From the NCBI GenBank assembly GCA_022340425.1, contig JAJDNY010000135.1:2806-66805 (forward strand): DNA of 64,000 nt, in the 5' to 3' direction. The DNA comes from Desulfobacteraceae bacterium (GTDB taxonomy: Bacteria; Desulfobacterota; Desulfobacteria; Desulfobacterales; JAABRJ01). This document shows, piece after piece, positions 20,074-30,600 of this stretch. Position 1 is the stretch's first letter. Each line of letters starts with the position of its first letter. A model generated the notes under the pieces. The model was given only the letters and a program-made list of their open reading frames with translations, did not search any database and was not told the DNA's origin. A program made the translations under genes and the position numbers.

Positions 20074-21781
20074 CGGGGTCTCCCGCGTCTGTCTTGCCGG
20101 GCGGCCCCGAGACCACCTGCCGCTCGGCCCAGCGGGCCAGCTGCTCCCGGAAAATTTTGGAATTGTGGCGGATGTCCACCGGAAAAGCGGGGTGAAAGAG
20201 GATGGTTTCGATCTTGTGTGTCAGGGGCGTCTCGCATGCCAGCGCCAGCAGCTCCCGGCGCAGCGCCTCGCGGTCGGCCTGCCGGGAGGTCTTTTCAAGC
20301 TCGATGCAGATCACCGGGGTCTGCTGACCGCGGGGACCCACCCCCACCAAAGCGCTGCGGAAGACGGCGGGGTGCCGGTTGAAGATCGCCTCGCAGGGAA
20401 TGGTGAAAAGGGTTTCGTCGGGGGTGATCACCCGCTGGCTCTTGCGCCCGCAAAACCAAACCCGGCCCTTGGTATCCATCCAGCCCAGGTCTCCCATGCG
20501 GTGCCAGAAACCTTCCCCATCGGCGATTTTGGCCAGCGCGTCGGCTTCCGGGCGCTGGAAGTAGTGGCGGGTGACCAGGTCCCCCGTGACGGTGATCTCG
20601 CCGATATCCCCTTGGGGCACGACCCGCGCGTCGGACCACGCCCCGATGGGGTCGTCGCTGATTTCGATGATGGCCACCCTGAGCCCCTCCAGGGGCCGCC
20701 CAACGCAGGTGCCGAAACCCTTTTCGCTGAGGTGGCGGGTTTCGCTGAGGATCTCGCTGCTGCCGATGGAGATGACCGGCACGGCCTCGGTGGCGCCGTA
20801 GGGGGTGTGGATCTCGGCCTCCCCGCAGAGCATCCCCGCAAACCGTTTGATGTTGTCCGGCAGCACCGGTGCGCCGGCCGAGACCACGCGCCGGAGGCTC
20901 GGCAGGCGCAGGCCGCGGCGGGCTCCGTAGCGTCCAACGCGGTTGAGCAGCGCCGGCGAGGCGAACATGTTGGTGACCCCGTGGTTTTCGATGGCCTCCA
21001 GGATCCGCACGGGGTTCACCGCCGCCGGCCGAGTGGGGTCCATGTCGGGGATGACCGCCGTCATGCCCAGGGCGGGGTCGAAAAGAGCGAAGAGCGGAAA
21101 GGTCGGCAGGTCGATTTCGTCGGGGGCGATCTGAAAATGGGCCTGGATGTGCCGGATCTGGGCGTCGAAAACGCCGTGGGTGTAGACCACGCCCTTGGCC
21201 GGACCGGTGCTGCCGGTGGTGAACAGGATCGCGGCGGCTTCATCGGCGATCGTGCCGGCCGGGGGGTAGGCCTGCCACGGGCGCCGCAGCAGATGCAGCA
21301 GGGTGGGGCCGCCCCAGCACCAGCGGGGGCCCACTGTCACCCAGGTGCGCAGGGTTCGGAAAAAACGGGGGTAGAAAAGCCTCAAAAGATGGGCTTTGGA
21401 GATCCCCACGAACGCCTCGGGGCGGCTTTCTCCAAGGCACTCCAGCATCCGCTGGAGCCCCATGCCGGGGTCGACCACGACCGGAACGGCGCCCACCTTG
21501 AAAAGGGCGAAGCTCAGCAGAAAAAACTCGGGCCCTGGCTTGACCATCAGCACGGTGCGCACGCCGCGGGTGATCCCCGCGGCCTCCAGCCCGTTGGCAA
21601 TGCGTGCGGATTCGCGCTCCAGCTGGGCGAAGGTCAGGTGCGCGTAAGTCACCCGGCCGTATGCGTCGCGGCCGGCGGGATACACCACGGCCCGCTTGTA
21701 GGGCTGGCTGCGGGCCGTGCGTCTGAGGTGGCCGGCGACGTTGACGGGGTCAGGGCCGGCGGTCGGGGCGTTTAGATCCAT
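20063..21781 (-). CDS. oleC: OleC, AMP-dependent ligase family beta-lactone synthetase
   Basis: 572-aa adenylate-forming enzyme (ILFTTGSTGPAKGV, GDLGWMD motifs) in ole gene context. Confidence 0.8.
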   Translation of the reverse strand: MDLNAPTAGPDPVNVAGHLRRTARSQPYKRAVVYPAGRDAYGRVTYAHLTFAQLERESARIANGLEAAGITRGVRTVLMVKPGPEFFLLSFALFKVGAVPVVVDPGMGLQRMLECLGESRPEAFVGISKAHLLRLFYPRFFRTLRTWVTVGPRWCWGGPTLLHLLRRPWQAYPPAGTIADEAAAILFTTGSTGPAKGVVYTHGVFDAQIRHIQAHFQIAPDEIDLPTFPLFALFDPALGMTAVIPDMDPTRPAAVNPVRILEAIENHGVTNMFASPALLNRVGRYGARRGLRLPSLRRVVSAGAPVLPDNIKRFAGMLCGEAEIHTPYGATEAVPVISIGSSEILSETRHLSEKGFGTCVGRPLEGLRVAIIEISDDPIGAWSDARVVPQGDIGEITVTGDLVTRHYFQRPEADALAKIADGEGFWHRMGDLGWMDTKGRVWFCGRKSQRVITPDETLFTIPCEAIFNRHPAVFRSALVGVGPRGQQTPVICIELEKTSRQADREALRRELLALACETPLTHKIETILFHPAFPVDIRHNSKIFREQLARWAERQVVSGPPGKTDAGDPDAP

Positions 21782-21817
21782 GGCGGATAATGGTTGCTAA
21801 CCAGATTGAGGCATCGG

Positions 21818-22351
21818 TCATTTCAAAAAACGGGCCTTGAGTTTGGCGATCACCCCGCGGGGCTCCGGCGGCGGCCTTCGCGCCGCAAGCCCAGCCGACG
21901 CGGCCAGGGCCGTCTGCAGGTCGGCGACCATGCGCTGCTGCTGGGAGGCGATGGCCGCAAGCCCGTTTTCGCGGTTCACCAGAAAGCCAACATAGAGGGC
22001 CTGGAGCTGCTTTTCAAGTGCGCTCACGGTCTTTCGCAGCTCCCGGTCGGTTTTGACCCAGAGGCTGCGCTCGGCGGCGACGATGTTTTTCTGGTCGGGA
22101 AAGTCGGCCTCGATTTCATCCAGGCGTTTGAGCTCCCGCTCGATGAGTTCCAGCGCGCCCTCCAGGCGCAGCATCTCGGTGTAAAGGCCCGGGAGTCTTT
22201 CCCGACCGAAGGCCGCCACCTCCGGTTTGAGGGCGAGCTGCCGGAACTGGTCGGGGGGTGGCGCCCCGCTTTTCAGGACAAAAAGCGCCAGCGCCGCACC
22301 GCCCCCGGCCAGCAGGGCCAGGAGCAAAAAGATCACGATTCGTTTCTTCAA
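21818..22351 (-). CDS. Hypothetical membrane-anchored coiled-coil protein embedded in the ole operon
   Basis: 177 aa. TTG start preceded by GGGAG. N-terminal TM helix (IVIFLLLALLAGGGAALALFVL) followed by a helical, heptad-like region. I recognise no family. Confidence 0.5.
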   Translation of the reverse strand: MKKRIVIFLLLALLAGGGAALALFVLKSGAPPPDQFRQLALKPEVAAFGRERLPGLYTEMLRLEGALELIERELKRLDEIEADFPDQKNIVAAERSLWVKTDRELRKTVSALEKQLQALYVGFLVNRENGLAAIASQQQRMVADLQTALAASAGLAARRPPPEPRGVIAKLKARFLK

Positions 22352-22413
22352 AACTCATCTCCCGCAAAAGATTCCTGCCCTCCACGGCCGATTCTGGCGG
22401 CCGCAGACGGGCC

Positions 22414-23337
22414 TCAGGACGGGGTGGCAGTCAGAAAGGCCCTGATGCGCGCCAGGACCCGTTCGGGTTCGTCCTCCAGCAGGTAATGCCCGGCGCGTTC
22501 GAAAATCTCCACCCGGGCCGCCGGAAAGCGGCGGCGCCATTCGGCCAGGTAGTCGCCGTCGAAGACGAAATCGTGCCGCCCCCAGAGCAGCAGTATGGGT
22601 ACTGCAGCCAGAAGCGGCAGGCGCGCGGAAACCGAAGCGACCAGGGCATAGCTGGGGTCGCGGGGGCCAAGCGGAATGTCCTGGACAAATTTGAGGGTCG
22701 CGACGCGGTTGGCCGGGGTGTTGTAGGGGGCGATCAGCCCGGCGCGCACATCGGTCGTCAGGCCCCGGCGCGAGGCCATCAGCAGGGCAGCACGGGCGAA
22801 CAGGTTGAGCCCCAGGACCAGGGGCGGCGCCAGCCGAGGCATGTCGCGAATCAGCCGCAGCCGCAGCGGCAGCCGCTTGCCGTTGGGCGGCAAGAAGGCC
22901 GCCGTGTTGAGCAGCACCAGGCGCCGGATCCGCTCGGGGTGCGCGACGGCGTAGGCCATGCCGATCATGCCGCCCCAATCGTGGAGCACCAGGGTCAGGG
23001 GGCCGTTTAATCCCAACTGGTCCAGCAGCGCTTCCAGATCCGAAACCCGGCTGGCCAGGCGGTAGTCGTAGCGCCCGTCTTCGGGCTTGTCCGAAAAGCC
23101 GCAGCCGATATGGTCCGGCACGACCACCCGGTAGCGTCCGGAAAGGCCCTTGACCAGCGCCCGGTAGTAGAAGGACCAGGTGGGGTTGCCGTGGAGCATC
23201 ACGATTGGCTCGCCGTCGCCTTCGTCCAGGTAGTGGCAGGTGAACTTTCCCACCCGCAGATAGCGGGATCTGAACGGGTAGAGCCGGCGGAAGGCCGGTG
23301 TGGCCACGAATGCCGAATAGGGCCGGGCGGCGGTCAC
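22414..23337 (-). CDS. oleB: OleB, alpha/beta-hydrolase (haloalkane-dehalogenase-like) beta-lactone decarboxylase
   Basis: HGNPTWSFYYR and PDHIGCGFSDKP motifs and 307 aa. Located between oleA and oleC. Confidence 0.8.
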   Translation of the reverse strand: MTAARPYSAFVATPAFRRLYPFRSRYLRVGKFTCHYLDEGDGEPIVMLHGNPTWSFYYRALVKGLSGRYRVVVPDHIGCGFSDKPEDGRYDYRLASRVSDLEALLDQLGLNGPLTLVLHDWGGMIGMAYAVAHPERIRRLVLLNTAAFLPPNGKRLPLRLRLIRDMPRLAPPLVLGLNLFARAALLMASRRGLTTDVRAGLIAPYNTPANRVATLKFVQDIPLGPRDPSYALVASVSARLPLLAAVPILLLWGRHDFVFDGDYLAEWRRRFPAARVEIFERAGHYLLEDEPERVLARIRAFLTATPS

Positions 23338-23392
23338 GGTGCCTCCTCGGGGGCGGGCTGCAGGCCGGTGCGGCTCGCTGGGGTTCGCCGAC

Positions 23393-24433
23393 CTACCATC
23401 GCACCCCCAGCATCAGGCAGTTGAGGCCGCTGCCGATTCCCAGAAACCCCACCAGGTCGTTGGGCTGAAGAAACTCGCGCTCCGAGGCGATGGCCGCCGT
23501 GATCGGCAGCGACACGGTGCCGACATTGCCCAGATACTGGAAGGTGGTGAAATCCTTTTCCTCGGAAACGCCGATGGCGTTTAGGATCGTGCGCTGGTGG
23601 GTGGCGCCGACCTGGTGGCAAATGACCTTGTCGGGTTTGTCGAAGGGCCACGATAGCTCACGCTTGAAGGCCTTGTAGGTGGCGATCCCCAAACCGACGC
23701 CATTTTCCAGGACCCCGATGGAGTCGGTCTCCATGATGTGGGCGCAACTGGCCGGGATGCCGGTGTCCGGCCCCCAGCAGCAGAGGTGGTGGTGCTCGGT
23801 GGCGCTGCGGATGACCCCCCCCAGCAGCCGGTGGCCGCGGTTGGCCAGCGAGCCGGCGGTCAAGAGCACCGCCACGGCCCCGGAACCGCCGGTCAGGGTG
23901 GCAACGCTTTTCTTGAAAAGCGCCATGTCGGGACGCGCCAGCAGACGCCGGATGGTGATGTCGACGATCTGGCGGGCCGATTCGGAGGAGACCACCAGAC
24001 CGGCCCTGATCTGCCCCAGCTCGATGGCGTTGGCCACCTGGAGCATGCCGTTGAGGACCCCCAGGCAGGCGTTGGAGAGATCGTAGACCAGTGTTTCGCC
24101 GCTCAGCCCAAGCCCGTGGGCGACGGCGCAGGCCGTGGCCGGCTCCAGGTTGTCGCGGCACACCCCCCCGTAGACCAGCATGCCGATCTCCCCCGGGTCG
24201 ATCCCGGAGGCGTCCAGCGCCTTTTGCCCGGCACGCGTCGCGCCGTCGCAGTTTTTGTAACCGTCCTCCCAGTAGCGCCGCTCGTGGATGCCGGTCAGGG
24301 CTTCCAACTGCCCGGGCTTGAAGTGCAGCCGCTCGTAGAGAGCCATCAGGCGCTCCTCGAGGTCCGCCGAGGTGACCACCAGGGGGGCCAGCTCATAGCC
24401 GAATGAATCGATATATACGTTTGTGTATCGCAT
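23393..24433 (-). CDS. oleA: OleA, thiolase-superfamily acyl-CoA head-to-head Claisen condensing enzyme
   Basis: 346 aa, colinear with my recollection of Xanthomonas OleA. Active-site DLSNACLGVLNGM, RSATEHHHLC, HQVGATH, and the C-terminal LGIGSGLNCLMLGVRW. Confidence 0.85.
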   Translation of the reverse strand: MRYTNVYIDSFGYELAPLVVTSADLEERLMALYERLHFKPGQLEALTGIHERRYWEDGYKNCDGATRAGQKALDASGIDPGEIGMLVYGGVCRDNLEPATACAVAHGLGLSGETLVYDLSNACLGVLNGMLQVANAIELGQIRAGLVVSSESARQIVDITIRRLLARPDMALFKKSVATLTGGSGAVAVLLTAGSLANRGHRLLGGVIRSATEHHHLCCWGPDTGIPASCAHIMETDSIGVLENGVGLGIATYKAFKRELSWPFDKPDKVICHQVGATHQRTILNAIGVSEEKDFTTFQYLGNVGTVSLPITAAIASEREFLQPNDLVGFLGIGSGLNCLMLGVRW

Positions 24434-24651
24434 CGTGTCTCACGTAGGTCGGAATCGCGGACAGCAACAGGCGCTCAACCCAAGGGGGTTTTGTCCGGGT
24501 AACGGCGTCCGCGCTCCTGCACAATTTGGGGTTGCAATGCGGCCGTCGACCGGTCCGGCCGAAGCCCGCCTACCGCAGGCGCTGCCGGCCGATGGCGCCG
24601 ATGCCTCAAGATAGGGCCTCGCACCCCGAAGCTCAAGGGCCAGGTCTGTTT

Positions 24652-27600
24652 TCAGCGCGGTCTCAGCTGCAGCCTGAAACCCTCCATCTTGTAGATGTAA
24701 AGGCCGTCCACCTGAAGGTAGCCGTCCGCCTGGAGTGCGGGGGCGGGGCCTTCGGAGACGGCGGTGACAAACGCCTCCACCATCACCTGGCGGCTGGTGG
24801 GAATGATCTGCCCCCGGTAGGTCCAGCGGTGGGACGCGGGGGCCGCCAGGGCGAAGCGGTGGGTGTCGCAGAGTTCCTTCCAGCGCCGGCGGGCCGCGAA
24901 TTTCAGCAGCTGGAGAAACGATTCGATCCCCAGCGATCCCGGGCAGACCGGGTCCTGATAGAAGTGGGCCTTGAAGAACCACTCGTCGGGATCCACCGTC
25001 TTGCTGCCGCGCACGTAGCCCAACCCCCGCGGGCCGCCCTCGGGCAGGAAGATGTCGATGCGGTCGATCATCCGCAGCGCCCGGGCCGGCATGGCCAGGC
25101 CCGCCGGCGGGCTGCTGTGGGGGTCGTCCGGCGTCAGCGGCCGGGCGTCCGCCAGAAGGCGCCCCCCCGCCGGGTCTGCAGCGTCGGGCGCCCCGGACGG
25201 CGGGCTTTCCCGCAGGCCTACCTGTTTGGCCAGGGCGCTGCGGGTGAAAAAACCGAAGGCGGTGTCCCCCTCGTAGACCATGGCGCCCCCGGTGAGGACC
25301 TGGAAGTCAAAGTTCTCGATGATGATGTCGCCGGCCTTGGCCACCTTGGTCAGCCGGGCGCGCATGGTGAGGGTGCCGCTTTGCGTGGAGACCTCGCGCT
25401 GCAGCCGGGCGTTGCCGCCCAGGTTGCGGAATTGGAGGTCATGGGGGCTTTTGAGGGCCGAGCCGGCGTAGGCCGCCAGCCAGCCGCAGGGCTGGAGGGC
25501 GATTTCCAGCAGCACGCAAAAGGGCATCCGGCCGTTGCGCTCCGCCCGGAAATACCACGCCTCGGGCGGAATATCGTAGGCGGCTTCGATCCAGCCGCCC
25601 GGCGCCAGCTGCCAGGGGGGCGGCTCGGCGGCCGTGATACGATCCATGAAGCAGTAGGGCGGGCCCGGCAGGCGGGCGATGAAGCGCTCATGGTCAAAGA
25701 CCCGGTAGGGTTCCCCGAAGGCCTCCGACGGGTTGCCGACGCAGAAGGCCAGCAGCTGGTCGCGGGAGAAGAGAACCGGCCGGTCCTCGGTCGGCGCAGC
25801 CGGCAGGGCGTTCGCCGGCGATGCAAGACGGCGCCGGGATTCCCACAAGCTCTCCAATTCCGTTCGGGTGGTGCCGCTGAGCTGCAGGCTGAGCCCCTGG
25901 AAGGCGACGATGCGGCGGCCGTCGGCGTACATCAGTGCGTCGGCCACGGCATAGGGGGCCGGGTTGTAGCCGATTTCGCGCAGGGCGACCTCGTAGACCA
26001 CCTGCCGCGTGGCGGGGGTCACCGGCCCGCGGCACTTGAGCACGGCCTCCACGCCCGTTACCGGCTCGTAGGCCGCCCCGTCCTTGGCCGTCACCCAGCC
26101 CAGCCGCTGCAGCAGCACCCTTAGGGCATGACCGCAGCACTCGTACATCAGGGTGCCCGGCATGACCCGGTCGTCCACGAAGTGGCAGGTGAGAAACCAG
26201 TCGTCCGGATGGATGTCGGCCTGGGCGCGGATGCTGCCCAGGCCGAAGCGCCCGCCGGCGGGGTCGAGCTCCAGGACCCGGTCGATGAGATGCATCCGCC
26301 CCCCCGGCAGGCGCAGCGCCGGGGCGAGGTCAAGCCCGTCGAAGGCCGGTCCGAAGCAGGCCGAAAGATCGCCGCCGCGCAGGGCCTCCAGTTGGCCGTC
26401 GTCGTATTTTTCCTTGGCCAGGGGCGCCAGCGGCGACCAGTCTGCCGGGCGTTTGCCGGCTGCCGGGCGGGTGTCGGATTCGGTCAGAATGATCCCGCCG
26501 GAATTTTGGACTTCGGATTCGGTGAAAAAGCCGGCGCAGCCATCGCGCATGCTGATGAGGTGCGCGTCGCCGATCCAGCCTTCGAAGTGGAAGAAGAACA
26601 TCCAGGTTTCCCGCTGGCGCACGAAGCGGTCGATGGCGATCTCGTAGCGGATCACGTCCCCCGGCCGCGGCAGGCCGCGGTGAAAGCGCACCTTGGCGTC
26701 CAGCAGACGATAGGCGCGCTGGCCTCTGACGGCCAGGTCGATTCCCAGGTAAGAGCACAGAAAGAGGTCTGCCTGGCCCGCCTCCACCGCGATGCACACC
26801 GGGGCACGGTCGCCGTCCAGATACCAGGCGCCGGGCAGGACGTCGTGCTCGGTCACCACGCGGCCGGGGCCCAGGGAGCCCTTCTCGCCGCTCACCGACA
26901 CGATCCGGTCCACCAGCATCAGGGGCTCGTCGGGCAGGCGCACCCGCACCCGGTAGCCGTCAACCTCGGCAAATTCCGGCCCCAGCACGCGGGCCACGGA
27001 GCCCACGGCGAACTCCATGCACATCTCGCGGGAGTAGGCCGGCGGCGGTGCTGAAGGCCGGGGAGTGGTGGCCGCCGTCGGCGCGACCGGCTTTTCCGCG
27101 CCGGCCAGCTCCGCCAGCAGCCGGGTCTGGAGGTCGAAGGCGCGGGCGAAGCCCTGCTGGGACTGATCGGCGAAATCCAGGAAGCGCCGGTGGGCCTCGG
27201 CGGTGGCCTCGACGGCCGCGTCCAGGGGGCCCAACAGGTCGCTGAAGCGGCCTGGGGCGGTAGCGGCGGGGTGGGGGGGAGGTGCTGAAGCCGGGGCTGG
27301 CGCTGCGGTAGCAGCAGGGGGCGCCGTCGGCCGGGGTGGCGGCCCGCCGAGGGGGACCGTCACCGTCCGTGCAAAAACCGGTGGCGGCGCGGTTTCAGGT
27401 GTAGCGCCGCGGCTTCCGTATAGGAAATCCAGGCTCATGGGTAACCGATGGGTCCAGAGGTGTCCCAACAGCTTCAGCACGGTCAGCGGTTCGTCCTCGC
27501 CGCGGACCGAGGCCGAGACGGCCAGGTGGGGGCGATCGATCAGGATGCGCCCGATCATGCGGCTGCACGACGCCTGGGGGCCCATCTCCACAAAGATCCG

Positions 27601-30600
27601 CAGACCGTCGGCGTAAGCCTGCTCGACGGTGGCGGTGAAATCGAACCCGTGCAGGGCCTGGGCGAGGATCGCATCGGCGGCGCTGGCGGCGCTGAGCTCG
27701 TAAGCCCTGCCCGCCGCGCAGCTGTAAAACCGGATGCCGGGCGGGGCGGTGGTGGGGAAAAGGTGCAGCTCGCGGTAAGCCTGGCGCACCGGCTGGGCCG
27801 CATCGGAGTGGACCGTGACCACCCCGTCCAGGAAAAAAGCGTTGCAGCCCAGCTCGGCGATGACCGCCTGCAGCGCCTGGGCGTCGCCGCCGATGACGCA
27901 TTCCTCGGGGGTGTTGACGATCAGCAGGCGGGTGTGCCGGTGGCGGGCGATGGCCGGGCGGACGGCGTCGGCCGCCCGGTCCACGACGGCCACGGTCCAG
28001 GTGAAGGGCTGGTCGGCGGAGATCCCCCAGGCTTGCCGGGCGGCGCGGCAGGGCCCGGCCAGCTGGGTGCTGAAAAGATCGGTGGCGGCCATGCGCGCGA
28101 GCATCTGCCCGCGATCCGGCCATGCGCCCAGGGCGAAAAGCGCCGCCGATTCACCGAGGCTGTAGCCGATGGCGGCGTCAGGGGCGGGCATGAATCGGCG
28201 CACGAGATTGGTCATCAGACCGCCGTGCACCACCTGGCCGAAAATGGGTTTCAGCGGGTCTGCAGCAAGCTGCGCCAGGGCCGCCTTTTCCCAACCGGGA
28301 CCCCAGGCGCTGCGGCGGGGTAGGATGGCGTCGGGCAGCATCTGGGATTTCAAATGGGCGGTGGCGGCGTCCATGCGCCGCAGCACCTCGGGCCAACGCA
28401 CGCCGATGGCGCGGCCCATGCCCAGGAAATGATTGCCGCTGCCGGGGTAGACAAAGGCCACCTGTCCACCGGGGCCCAGCGGCGCCGGGGTGAAGCAGAC
28501 GCCCTCAGGGCCGTTTAAGCGAACGGCGGCGCCCTCCCGGACGGCGCCGCGGGCCTCGCGAATCCAGTGCTTTAGGCGCTCGCGGCTCCCGGCGATGATC
28601 GCCACCCCCAGTGCTGCGGCGCCCTCCGGTGCTGCGCTGCGGTGCCAGCTGCGGGCGAGAGACGCGATCGCGGCGGCCGGTCCCTGCTGCTTTAGGTGGC
28701 GCTCCAGGCGCTCCAGTCCGGCGGTGAGGCCGTCGCGGTCGCTGGCGCTGACACAAAAAAGCCCGTAGGGCAGCTCGCCTGCCGGATGAGGGCGCTGCCG
28801 GTGCGTTTTTTGGTGGCCAGTTGCGGCCGGCGCCGCTTCGACCCCCTCCAGCAGGACGTGCATGCAGCCGCCCGCTGAGGTCATGGCCGCGGCCACGGCC
28901 CGCCGCGGGCCCTCGCAGCGGTTGCGCACCCAGTACTGGGCGGAGGCCGGAAAATGAAACGGCCCCCCATGCCAACGGTCGTCGGACGGCTCGTTGAGGC
29001 CGGGCAGGGGCGGAATCATTTCGTGGTGCAGGCAAAGGGCGGTTTTGACCACCCCGGCGAGACCCGCGGCCGCTCCGCTGTGTCCGACGATCGGTTTCAG
29101 GCTGCCCACCGCGCAGGAGGCGGGGGGCGCCCCTTGAGCGGGCTGCGAAAAGACGGACTGCAGCGCGGCGCACTCCACGCGGTCCTCGGCCGGGTCGCCG
29201 CTGCCGTGGGCTTCCAGATAGCTGACAGCGGCGGCCGGGGTGCCGCCATCGCCCAGGGCACGCTCCAGGGAGAGGCGGTAGGCGGCGCTGCTGGCAAGGC
29301 CGGTGGCAATACTTCCCCCATCGGCGGCGCCGATACCGGCCACCGCCGCGTAGACCCGGTTCCCGTCGGCAACGGCCTGATCCAGGCGTTTGAGCACCAG
29401 CGCCACCGCCCCTTCGCCGGGCAGGGTGCCCTGGGCCCGGCGCTCGAAGGGCCGCACCCCGGCGCCGGTTCCCAGCGCCCGGATGCCGTGGCGTGCGGTC
29501 AGGTTGCGGACATCGGCGGTGATGTCCACGGCCCCCACCAGAACGGCGTCCAGCTCGCCCCGCTGCAGGGCGCGCACCCCGATTTCAAGGGCCCGCATGC
29601 CGGCCGCGGCTTCCGCCGATACGGTGAACGTCGGGCCCCCCAAGCGGTACTCGCGGGCGATCCGGCTGGCGACGATCCCCCCCAGGGCCCCCAGGGTGCG
29701 CACCGCGGTCAGCGGCGGGCCGCAGGCGTCGGCGAGCGCGGCCCGCCACTGGGCCAGGGCCCGGGGGTCGAGGCCGAGGCGGTAGCGGTCGTTCCACGCG
29801 GCGGCGGCCTGCAACAGGCGCCAGCGGAGGTGAAAGTCGGTGGCCGCGAAGTCGAACTCCACCCCGATCACGGCGCCCATGCGCGGCCGTTCCGGGCGGC
29901 CCTGGAAGCCGGCGGCCAGCATGGCGCCGGCGGCGGCCTTGAGCATCAGGAGCTGCTGGGGCAGGAGGTCGGCGATTTCGTTGGGGGCGATGTGGAACTC
30001 TCCGACCCCCACCGACAGGTCCGCCAGAAAAGCCCCCCGGGCGCCGGTCTCGCCGAGGAGGCCTGCGGCCGCGGTCTCAGCCCCCCGCCAGCGCTGGGAC
30101 GGTCTGGGGCCGATGGCCGGGCTGCCGCTGAAAACGGCTTCCTGAAAGGCCTGCAAGCCTTCCAGAGGTCCCAAAAAGGTTTGCATGCCGATGATGGCCG
30201 CAGCCGGCCGCGCCGGGGCCTCCACCGAGGGGGCGCTGGGGGCGGGCGGGGGCACGGCCGGGTCGGGGTCGGTGAACTCCTCCAGCAGCAGGTGGGCGTT
30301 GATGCCGCCGAAGCCGAAAGCGCTCACCGCCGCCCGACGGGGCTTTCCGGCGGCGCGGGGCTCCCAGTCGGCGGGCTGCGTTTGAACCCGGAAGGGGCCG
30401 TCCAATAGCGGGCTTCCGGCCGGTGGGACGCTGAAGTGCAGCGAGGGCGGTAGGGTGCGGTGCTGCAGGGCCAAGAGGGTTTTGATGGCCCCGGCGGCCC
30501 CGGCCGCGGTGAGCAGATGGCCGATCATCGATTTGACCGAGCCGATGGCACACTGCTGCGGCTGCCAGGTCAGCCCATCCCAGAGAGACGCCAGGCTGCG

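Noticed and set aside
22116-22385. 89-aa ORF starting from the ATG at 22358 that overlaps the start of the ole-embedded small gene.
   Set aside because: It is in a different frame from the TM/coiled-coil ORF, and its translation is Gly/Arg/Pro-rich and implausible. The TTG-initiated frame gives a coherent membrane-anchored protein.
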